From positions 32,935,212 to 32,999,211 of the forward strand of contig JARDVH010000133.1 of assembly GCA_030324005.1 (NCBI GenBank): a stretch of 64,000 nucleotides of DNA, given 5' to 3'. Below are positions 53,601-64,000 of the stretch, piece after piece. The DNA comes from Negaprion brevirostris. Its lineage: Eukaryota. Every line of letters starts with the position of its first letter. Within the stretch, counting starts at the first letter, position 1. Both the position numbers and the translations under genes were made by a program. A model generated the notes under the pieces. The model was given only the letters and a program-made list of their open reading frames with translations. It was not told the origin of the DNA and did no database searches.

Positions 53601-54616
53601 AGTCAAGGACAGGGTGCCCTGATAGGGGCCATTATTCGATAGTCTAAGTTCCTTTCTCACAGCTATTATTACAGCAATTTTTAAGTTTCTGACTTTAATC
53701 CTAATACAGGAATATTAGAAAGTAATGCAGACATAAACGTAATCCACCTCATTAACTGATTGTTAAATACTTATCCTTCAATTACAGGATAATTGAGGTA
53801 CTTTCTTCGAATACACTCATCTGTTGCTAATCAGTGAATATTTCACAGCATTATGTTAAGTTATTTTGTTTTAAAAATTTAGCAACATTAATATGGCCTT
53901 TTTTCTGATAATGTGTTAGTAAAAATGACAACTTGAACTACGTGGGTTATTGCAGAATCCATTTTTTTGTAAAAAGCCTTTAAAATAAAATGGTCACATT
54001 GAGCAGACAACCTAAACACCACTAAAATAAAATCTAAAACCCAAGACTGCTCTCACAACTGATCCACCCTTGTATCAGATAGTTCCTTATCGGTTCTGGT
54101 CAAGTGAATTGATCAGTTATGCATTTGTTCAGTTTTAAGTGATGACTTGCAAGCATCACCTTCCAGTGTCATTTTAAACATGAGAAAGTATCACTTCCTG
54201 ACTTGCTGACATCAAGCCCATCAGTTACTCACAAGCTATGCGCTAAGTCCCACGTTATCTGTGAACAATTGAAAAGATTATTCTCTACAAATATTAGTGA
54301 CTTCATGTATTTGACATTTACCCTTAAATCGCTGATTGGGTAGTATCTGATCAATTGCTAAGGGAAGTGATGTTGGAATTGTAGGTAAAATTATTACGTG
54401 TGGCATCTTTGATATAAATTTTCTGTGGCTGTATGTGGCAATTAGCAACACATAAAAGCAAAGTGGCGAATGTGACAAATGAATAACTTTTATTCAAATC
54501 AAACTGTGTATTAATGCAGTACATGAAAATAGATTTAAAATATTGCAAACGTGAATTAACAAAATAAACAATGCAATTATGCAGTCAGCTGAGTGAAGTA
54601 TAGGTCAACTTTTCAA

Positions 54617-54750
54617 TAAAAGCAAATTACTGTGAATGCTGGAATCTGAAACCAAAAGAGAAAATGCTGGAAAAATCCAGGCCTGGTGACATCTGTAAGG
54701 AGAGAAAAGAGCTGACGTTTCAAGTCCAGATGACCCTTTACCAAAGGGCA
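54617..54750 (-). mobile_element. Family A single arm
   Basis: Closely similar to 425-548. Confidence 0.7.
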
Positions 54751-56282
54751 ACATTTTAGTCAGCTACTATTCTATGGTTAGGGGAGTAGGCAAACTACAG
54801 GAAGGAAAGGATAATAGTCAGTGGGTGTTTCTGTGATTGGAATCCGGTGAGACTGATAGGACTGTAGAAGATTCCTTCCTTTCTGTGTTATATATCAATG
54901 ATTAAGACTTGAATGTAGGAGGCATGATTAAATAGGTTACAGATGATAGAAAAATGGTTGTGTTAAAAATGAGGTAAAGAACTGTAGACTGCTGCGCTAC
55001 AATCTTGTTAGGGACTGTTAACATTTAAAGAAGAAACCCAAACACCCATCAATTAACTGACAAAATTACGCTACAAGATTTCACACTTGTCAACAAAAAC
55101 AAACTTTATTGTATGTCAGAAAATTTAAATAAACTATTAGCTTGAGCCTATAGCTCATGGAAACCCAAATGTAAAGTCAGTTCTACTTTTTCTTTCAAGG
55201 CCAAATTCTACAGGATATCTTTCCATTAGCTTTTTGTCTATGTGACCCTCCACNNNNNNNNNNCCTCCACATTTTCTTTCCTGACCTCACTACTCTGGAT
55301 TCCACAGCTCAAACATTCCTTAATTTTGGGGAACTACTATTGTATTTCTAACTGGAAAAACCATTGTGCCCCCAGTACTTTATCCTACTTGCTGTTTATG
55401 ATTTTGCCTTTCTAACTGTTAGGAAGTTAACCTGTTAACCTCTTGAGTCAACCCTGATTACCAGCGAGTTCAGTTTTGATAGGCTAGTTAATGTCACACT
55501 GTCAACCGCTGCCTTGATGTTAAGGGAAGTCAGTCTGAAATTCAGATCTCTTGTTCATATTTGGATTAAGAGTGTAATGAAGCCAAGAGCCATTTAGTCC
55601 TGGCGGAACCTAAACTAAGGTTATTACTGAGTAAGTGCTGCTCAAAAGAACTATCAATGATGCATTCTGTCACTGCTGATAATTGAGAGTAGACTAATGG
55701 AGTGATAATAGGTCAAATTGGATTACCTCTGCTTTGTGTATAGATATACCTGGGGAATTTTGCACATTGTCTGGTGCGTACCAGTGCTCTTGGCGTACTA
55801 GAACGACTTAGCTAAATACGCAGCTAGCTTTGAAATATGCCCGGAATATTCTAGCTCATTGTTATCAAGGCCCAGTGCCTTTTTTGTCCAATGCTTTCAG
55901 CCATTTCTTGATATCATGTGAGGTGTTATGTAATGAGGTGNNNNNNNNNNNNNNNNNNNNNNNNNNNNNNNNNNNNNNNNNNNNNNNNNNNNNNNNNNNN
56001 NNNNNNNNNNNNNNNNNNNNNNNNNNNNNNNNNNNNNNNNNNNNNNNNNNNNNNNNNNNNNNNNNNNNNNNNNNNNNNNNNNNNNNNNNNNNNNNNNNNN
56101 NNNNNNNNNNNNNNNNNNNNNNNNNNNNNNNNNNNNNNNNNNNNNNNNNNNNNNNNNNNNNNNNNNNNNNNNNNNNNNNNNNNNNNNNNNNNNNNNNNNN
56201 NNNNNNNNNNNNNNNNNNNNNNNNNNNNNNNNNNNNNNNNNNNNNNNNNNNNNNNNNNNNNNNNNNNNNNNNNNNNNNNNNN

Positions 56283-56603
56283 ATCATTCATAGAATGAAG
56301 GAAAAGGCCCATCAAGTCTATACCAACCCTCCAACAGCATGTTGCCCAGGCTTGCACCCCACCCTAGTCCCGTAACCCCACGCATTTACTCTGCTACTCC
56401 CCCTATCCTACGCACCTTGGCTTGCTAAGAGGGAGTTTTGCATGGTCAATCCACCTAACCTGCACATCTTTGGACTGTGGGAGGAAACGAGAGCACCCAG
56501 AAGAAACCCACGCAGACACGGGGAGAATATGCAAATTTCATACAGACAGTCACCCAAGGCTGGAACTAAACCCTACCCAAACCCAGGCATTATGAGGCAG
56601 CAG
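56283..56603 (-). mobile_element. V-SINE
   Basis: V domain tggactgtgggaggaaac..gagcaccc. Confidence 0.85.
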
Positions 56604-57241
56604 TCGCTTTATTGAGGAGGGGGGCATATTCTTGGACCTTCTTCCTCTAGTAGTTGACTATCAGTCACTAGCCATTCACCACTGGATCTGTCAGGACTCC
56701 AGAGCTTTGATATGTCGTTTTGGTAGTTGGATCAGGAGTTCTGTTTAAAGCTTGTGCCCTGTTCTGTCCTGCCTGCATTTTGTCTTGTGTTGTACCTTTA
56801 CCAGATTAGCACCTCATTTTTAGGTATGAAAGGTGGTGCTCCTAGCATGCTGTCCTACATTCTTCATTGAACCTAGGTTTGATCCCCTTTTTTTAATATT
56901 AATGTCCTGATAATTCACATTTCCCACATTTGAAATACATTATGTATATAATATGTTGAAAATGACATCTATTATCCTGCTGTAGCCAGTCTGATCTTGT
57001 TTCTTGCAAGATCAATGTCATTCTTAATTTTTCAAAATATAAATATCCCTTTTAGCACTAAGCATTCATTCCTCCAATACTCATGTTGGTGGTGCTGAGT
57101 TGAAACATCCTGCTACTGGTTTCTACAGGGAAATTTGGAAAAAGCTGGATTTCTTTGTTGTCTTTATACTTAATCTGTGTAGTACTGGTGGGGGAGGCTT
57201 AATTTAATAGATGTTGTAAAATGTGCTGTCACCTTTTTTCT

Positions 57242-57566
57242 CATACAGTCATAGAATCCTATGGCGCAGTAGGCCATTTGACCCATCGAGTCTGCACCAA
57301 CCACAACCCCATCCAGGCCTCATTCCCGTAACCCCATGCACTTACCCAAGCTAGTACCCCTGACACTAAGGGGCAATTTAGCATGGCCAATCCACCTAAC
57401 TTACATGTCTTTAGACTGTGGGAGGAAACTGGAGCACCTGGAGGAATTCCACGCAGACACAGGAGAACGGGCAAATTCCCCAAAGACAGTGACCCAAGCT
57501 GGGAATATGAACCTGGCTCCCAGGCGCTGTGAGGCAGCAGTGCTAACCACCGTGCTGCCATGCCAC
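57242..57566 (-). mobile_element. V-SINE, full length
   Basis: Homologous to 11607-11925. Confidence 0.88.
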
Positions 57567-58404
57567 AGATGAACTGACAGCACAATTTGATCTGATCACC
57601 ATTACATAGACATGGATGCACGTGAATAAAGTTAGGAAATAAACATTCTTAATATTTTGAAATGACAAACAGAATGGGAAACTATGAGGAGTAGCTCTGG
57701 TTACTAAAGATATCAGGATTTAGTAAGAAAAAACCTTGGCTCGCAAAATCAGTTGGTAGAATCAGTAGAGGGGGAGATTAAGAATAAAAGGCCAGAGGTC
57801 ACTACTCAAAGCAGTTTATCAGCTCTTTAACTGTAATTATACGATTGAATGCAACATTAAGAAAGGAATAATGAACGGTTGTAATAAAGACAATTTAAAT
57901 GTCTTCAAATGATTATTAACCAGAGGGAGTCAATTGTCAAAGGTAGTCTGAAAGATATGTCCATTGAATGCTTTTGTGACAGTTTCCTCGGACAATAAGT
58001 TGTAGAACCCACTCGAGATAAATCTATGTTGGATCCACCATTATCCAATGTCCCTCTTGTTCTTTTGGCAATTTTCTTAAATGAATGAATTAATTTTCTG
58101 TTCCAAACAGGAAAACCAATTATGTAGGTAAGGAGAGTTGTTTGATTGGGTAAATAGAGTAAATGGCATAGCAATAAATAAAAGTCAGAAACATTTAAAG
58201 AAATTCAGATTGTTCAAGAAAAATACATTCCATTAAAAAATCAAAATTTCAACAAAAAGAGACATAATATTGCAGAGAGTAATAGTAAGCTGAAGATTGG
58301 GAGTGTTTTAGAAGACAGCAAAAGGTGATTGAAATGTTGATTAATTAGTAAACTAACCAGGAATATAAAAACATTGTCATTGATCTTATAAGTTTATAAA
58401 AAGG

Positions 58405-59045
58405 AGAGCAATCACACGAGTGCTATTTTCCATAACAAGATGTTCTAGTTGTCACACAAATGTGTAATGTGATATGTTTTTCACTGCGGGTGCAATAACA
58501 CGTATATAAGCCATCCATCTCAACAACTGGCAAGTCATATCAAACAGCACATTTCTTCGCCTATTTGCAATAGGCAGAGCATTAACTGTACTCAACCAGA
58601 CTGTGCTTATAAAACTCAGAACATAATGTCTAACTTTCATTATGATTACATGATTGGGCAACACTTGTTGAACAATCCTGAATGTACTAAATAATACACA
58701 CAATTCAAAATTATCAGTTGGACATTCAGCGTAGTTGACAACTCATGCTTGTTGGAAGCTGCATATATTCATACGCAGAAATCTGTCCTCTGCAAGCAAA
58801 AGGAATCTGATCAAGTATTGTCTCTTTTTTTAAATGATGGGAGACAATAACTCCCTGGTGTGTTCTCCATGGGAATGCCTCAACTGATTAGAGTTAACTT
58901 GCCAACCAATCAACATTCATTCTTCATACAGTTTAATTGTTCCACACTTTGAAATTTGACATTCTTGTACCTGTCCCAATGAGTGCAAGTTGAAAAGCTT
59001 TGAGAGCATGTCTCTTTTTTTCAGCAATGCATATTCTGTACTACC
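58405..59045 (+). mobile_element. Penelope-like retroelement 3' remnant: GIY-YIG endonuclease plus pLTR
   Basis: Frameshifted translation gives NVI..FHCGCNNTYISHPSQQLASHIKQH...IGQHLLNNPEC...FKII...LLEAAYIHTQKSVLCKQKE, followed by a decayed hammerhead at about 58972-59005. Confidence 0.8.
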
Positions 59046-59419
59046 AACCAGTTTTTATTTATTTGACGTAAAATACATTATTTTGAAAACAGACATAATT
59101 GAGAAAAGATAATATTTTCAAACTTCTGATTGAGTTATTGTATTATTTTGAATAATGTGGTGTTAGTGATCTTAACCATATGTCTTTGAATTGCGGGTGG
59201 GGTGCATCCCTCAAAGGATCATGTGGATTTGTGGTTAACTGCTGCTGTGATACACATGCAATGGTAAATGGAGAAATGGTGAAAAATGAAAGTAATTTAC
59301 TCTTATTTGATTTGTATTTTTATTTTGAAAAATAAAGAAACAAACAATTTATTTTTATCTCAAATTCTCTCACAGACAAGCAACGGACAAGACTAAGCAT
59401 TCATTTAGCTTCAGTTTAT

Positions 59420-60350
59420 CATCGAACCTTATAGTTCAAAGGGGAGATGACTCAGGCCATTGTTCCTGTATCAATTCTTCAAAAGAGGTATCCAATTAAT
59501 GCCATTACTGTGCTTTCCCCATGGCCTTAACTTTCTTTTCGCTTTACAAATATGTATCCATTTCACTCTTGAAACTTAATCTTGAATCTACTCCCACTGC
59601 CCTTTCAGGATTACTCATTCCACAACATAGCGACATACTGTGCTTAGAAAAAAACTAAACTTCCCTCTTGTGCTTCTGACAGTTTTATTAAATCTGTCCC
59701 CTTGCTTACCGGTCATCCCATAAGTGAAATTGGAAACCGTTTCTCCCTTTTTACTCAATAATATCGCTTCATGATTTTGATTACCTCATTTAAACCTCCA
59801 CTTGGCTTTCTGTACTCTTAATTGATCAATTGCCTCTTCACATAACTGTAGTCTCCAATGCCTGATATAATTCTGATAAATCTCTTCCGCACCCTCTCCA
59901 AGATCTTGGATGCTTTTCCTAAACTGTAGTGCCCAGAATTAACCCAATACTCTAGCAATGACCTTGTCAATGATTTATGAAGTTTAAAAATAGTTTTGGC
60001 CCTTCTGTGCTCTGTCCTTATTTATAACACTTTTTTTATAAGTAGCTTTGTCAACTTGTCCTGTCATGATCAAGGTGTCTGTTCCTGCACTGCTTTTAAA
60101 ACTAAANNNNNNNNNNCTAATTTGACATTCCTCTGCATTGAACTCTGTACAGCATGTCTGTCCATTTCACTGATCCATCTAAGTTGTCCTAATGTCTCTA
60201 CAGTTCACCTCACTGTTTATTACATTTGCACATTTTGGATCATTTGAAAATTTTGAAATTGTACCCCTGGTATCCAAGTCCAGATCACTAATACATATCA
60301 AAAAGGTCAGTTGCCCCAATACCGATCCCTGTGGTAACCCCTTTCCTCAG
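59420..60350 (-). mobile_element. Degenerate CR1 3' fragment
   Basis: Minus strand GLPQGSVLG at about 60315-60340 and ILERVRKRF at about 59880-59905. Confidence 0.7.
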
Positions 60351-61122
60351 TTACACTCAGGTGATCATAGTCACTTGGCACAGAAGCCAAACGGCCCAGA
60401 GTGAAATACCTAGGATTCACTTTATTAAGAACTCAGGTTAACTTAGTTCTCTGGTAGCCAATAAATTGATCACAAAATTCAGGAAGGTGTTTCAAGTTAT
60501 TGCAGAGGTGAAAGTAAGCAGAGCACAAGTAACACACACATCGGAAATACTGTAACTTAATAGAAGAGAGAAAACACAAGTTTAAACTATGCAAGAATGG
60601 AATAGACTGGATGTTAAGGGGTTCGTCTTTCCCCAGAGTAATGAGGCTGGAATGCGTTGCTAGCTGCTGTGGTGGGTACTGGCTCTCTGTTTATCTCTAA
60701 GGGATGGGAAACTGTTTCTTGACTGAAGGCAGAGATTGTATCGTTTTTTTAAGCATCTTTTTAGTTAGCATTTGATCCATGTACTCACTTTAATAGTTTC
60801 AATCATCTGAGAGGGTTGGAGAAGAGTTTTTCAGAGTAATTTTTTTCTTATTGGCCAGGGGTCTCTCTTTCCTTACATGGCTNNNNNNNNNNNNNNNNNN
60901 NNNNNNNNNNNNNNNNNNNNNNNNNNNNNNNNNNNNNNNNNNNNNNNNNNNNNNNNNNNNNNNNNNNNNNNNNNNNNNNNNNTTCTTATTGGCCATGGGT
61001 CTCTCTTTCCTTACATGGCTGTGGGAAGGGGATAAGGAAATGTCTAATTAACATGGTTGTGTCATCATGAAATCCAGGGCTTGACGGATCAGCTGCCCTT
61101 TCCTTTCTCGTCAATTTTTGAA

Positions 61123-61770
61123 GAGCGGCACAGTGGTTAGCACTGCTGTCTCACAGCTCCACGGACTTGGGTTCACTTCCAGCCTTAGGTGACTGTGTGG
61201 GGTTTGGAATTCGCACATTCTCCCCATGTCTGCGTGGATTTCCTTTGGATGCTCCGGTTTCCGCCCAAGTTCAGACATGTGCAGGGTAGATGGATTGGCC
61301 ACGCTAAATTGCCCTTCGTATCCAATGATGTGTAGGGGTGGCACAGTGGTTAGCACTCTTGCCTCACAACACCAACAACTCCAGTTCGATTCCAGCCTTG
61401 GGTCACTGTCTGTGTGGAGTTGCACATTCTCTCCATGTCTGCATGGCTTTCCTCCGGGTGCTCCGGTTTCCTCCCACAGTCCAAAGATGTGCATGTTAGG
61501 TTGATTGGTGATGCTCAGTTGCCCCTTAATGTCAGGAGGATTAGCAGGTTAAATACATAGGGCTATGGGGATAGGGCCTAGGTGGGATTGTTGTTGGTCC
61601 AGACTCAATTGGCTAAATGTCCGCCTCCTCAATTAGATGTACTTGCTATGGTAAATGTGTAGGGTTACCGGGATGAGGGGATAGGGTGGCTGCGAATGAT
61701 ATTCTGTCAGAGAGTTGGTGTAATGATGATGGGCTCAATAGCCTCTTTGCAATGTATGGATTCTATGATG
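61123..61770 (+). mobile_element. Two V-SINEs; the second (about 61335-61625) is nested in the first
   Basis: Two ggcacagtggttagcact heads at 61126 and 61340. A second 3' tail ends ggattctatga at about 61768. Confidence 0.82.
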
Positions 61771-63298
61771 AGCCTAAAGCAGCCCATTCTTCAGACACTG
61801 CCATTCTGACCACTGGACAGCAGCAAACGTTGCAGCATGGAGCATTTTTATACATTGTCAAATTATGTATCTTAAAAAAAAAATTGGTATCATTGTTCAT
61901 TTTTATCTTACATACCTAATAAGCTAGCCTATAAGGTATTAGCACAAGTACCAATTCCCCGCCAATAGTAGAGTCTTAAAATTGGGTGATCATGTTTATT
62001 ATTGAACCTTGATGATGGTGTTAGCATGCGATTGTTTCAGGGCTGCATTAGTTTGACTTCTCAATGAGATAGTCGGTGAAGATACGTTATAAATTCTAAA
62101 GTGATTGCAAGCATCATCACCTATCTAAAGAGTCTTATAGTGTCAACAATTTTCACCCAGTCAGCGAAACCAAGAAAGTTCAGGGAGATTTTCTACTTTA
62201 AGTAATTCCTCAAGACCCATTCAGTATTTTTTGAAAACCATATCTGCATCCCATTTCACAATGGATAACATAATAAGAAAATCAACAATTTTTGCAATTT
62301 TCTGGTTGAATTGCTCTCAGTTCTTGTTCTGAAGCTCCGTGCTCATTGATTGCCAGTATAATTCTTTCTTTAAGAACCTATGTAGTAAAAAAAGGGTTAG
62401 TGAGTAGGTCTGTGGGTGCTTCATAATCATGTCCTAAGTAGTAAATGCAAATAGAACAATTGCACATTGTACTATGAAAAGGTTATCTTAATTTTGTGAG
62501 ATTATAAATGTCTAAATCTTTGTAAGTAGTTTCAAAGCTTTTCAAATTTAAGTTACATTTCATGAATTGCATGCATATCCTTGCAGACTGTAAAGGGAGG
62601 TGGCTGTATGGACCTTATTGTCCCATTTTATGCTTATGGATTAATTGTTAGATACAGCAAGGGAGTAGACTTTTTGTGCAGCTTTGCCTGAGACATCGAG
62701 GTTCCGCTTCAGTGATGTTATATAAATAGGGGAAGTGGAATCAAGATTTTCCTTGAGTCTGGTAATTATAGCTCCATTTAATCTACATCTGAAAGTTGAA
62801 AATGCTCAAATGTTATACTTACCCAAAGAGCAAAATGAGTCGTCAGCATGAAGCTAAAAGCAATAACTCTACTGAAAATTCTTTTGGAAGAGAGCTAAAG
62901 CATGGATGAGGGAAATAAGCAAAATAGACTGATTTTTTTTTTCCCACACAAACATCTATACAACCTATCAGACTGGCTTCCTACAATCCCTTTACTGGCC
63001 ACTCACCCCTTTTGAGGAAAGCAATTTCTTGAAGAATCTTTTTTGTGCAACAAACTAGCAACCGTGTTTCTTTTCCAAAGACAGGTAAGCAACATTGGTG
63101 TTTGAGATCTGGCAGTTGACATTTTCTGGTTTCTCTATCTAGGACAGGGATGACTATTACTTCTCTGAGCATATAATAGACATCCACCAGTCAGTTTGTT
63201 TTCAGCCAGAAGTAACTAAATTGAAGTGAATATCATTTGGCCAGTTTCTGAAAATCTATGAAAGTTTTTAATGAAAATATATATGTATATAAAAAAGC

Positions 63299-63518
63299 CA
63301 TGAAGTGGAGGTGTCGGTGTTGGACTGGGATGGGCACAGTATGAACTCTCAACACCAGGTGAAAGTCCAACCGGTTTCTTGGGAATCACGAGCTTTTGCA
63401 GCGCTGCCTCTTTGTCAGATGAGTGAATTCATCATCTGATGAAGGAACTGCACTCCGAAAGCTCGTGATTTCAAAGAAACCTTTTGGACTTTCACCTGGT
63501 GTTGTTAGACTTCTTACT
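63299..63518. mobile_element. Palindromic Penelope pLTR-derived element (family B)
   Basis: Inverted arms aacaccaggtgaaagtccaa / ttggactttcacctggtgtt centred on GAATTC at 63425-63430. Each arm has a hammerhead-like core. Confidence 0.75.
63431..63469 (+). ncRNA. Minimal type I hammerhead ribozyme motif (Penelope-associated, dimer-type)
   Basis: Stem I AUCAU/GUGAU; CUGAUGA at 63436-63442; stem II GGA/UCC; GAAA at 63457-63460; palindromic AGCU stem III; predicted cleavage after C63464. Confidence 0.75.
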
Positions 63519-64000
63519 ATATATAAAAAGGGCTGATCTCTGATTCATCACAGAAGGTACTTGTCATAATATTGCTGAATTCATTGATGACACTGGGTCA
63601 GATGAGAAGCATAAAGGAGGAATGACAGCATTAAAAGGTATCTGGACAAATACTGAACAATTGTGTAAGAAAAAACATTTAAATGTAGATAAATGTAAGC
63701 AGTGCATATTAAAACAATTATGCAGCAAATTTGTAAAGAAAAGGATGAAGATTTGACTACTGACTATTCCTTGAAAGTGAATACCTGGCTGTGAAGCTGT
63801 TGTTGATGATGACCTGGTAATCCAATGCATCAAAAATTTCACTACAACTTAAAATAAGTGGTTGCATGTTTGCATAGTAAATTGAGCACTATACTTTTAG
63901 GATCTTGATTGACCTGCAAGCAGAATGATCATCAAGGAACTTAACAGGATTTCAAATTATGAGGAGAGTTTCACAGATCTATAGCTACTTTTTATTGGGA

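Noticed and set aside
53040-53810. Other possible solo-LTR-like tracts (also about 19.0-19.3, 26.3-27.2, 43.7-44.6, 55.0-55.5 and 60.4-61.1 kb)
   Set aside because: Compositional impression only; I could not establish termini, TSDs or a second copy
49000-64000. A second protein-coding gene downstream of POLE (P2RX2 is the convergent neighbour in human, from memory)
   Set aside because: I recognised no exon-like peptide on either strand. The region looks like UTR and repeats, though small exons could have been missed.

Overview
Eukaryotic, AT-rich, repeat-dense draft assembly with many N gaps. The repeat content (HE1-type V-SINEs, Deu-domain SINEs, CR1 LINEs) points to a cartilaginous fish (shark). 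The + strand carries the 3' half of POLE, the DNA polymerase epsilon catalytic subunit: 19 GT-AG coding exons from 3430 to the TGA ending at 48982. They splice to 3057 nt (1018 aa plus stop) in one open frame, covering the inactive C-terminal polymerase module and both cysteine motifs (CysA, CysB). By my recollection of the human gene these are exons 31-49. Introns and the 3' flank hold decayed CR1 and other LINE pieces, SINEs, MITE-like and LTR-like elements. The most notable signal is a set of Penelope-derived sequences with minimal hammerhead ribozyme motifs from three different families. One copy has a complete core at 63431-63469 (+) and another is near-complete at 36146-36186 (-). About 8 palindromic copies have decayed cores, and one degenerate motif follows a GIY-YIG endonuclease remnant at 58.4-59.0 kb. 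Repeat boundaries were read by eye and are approximate. Exon boundaries were checked against splice dinucleotides and frame.
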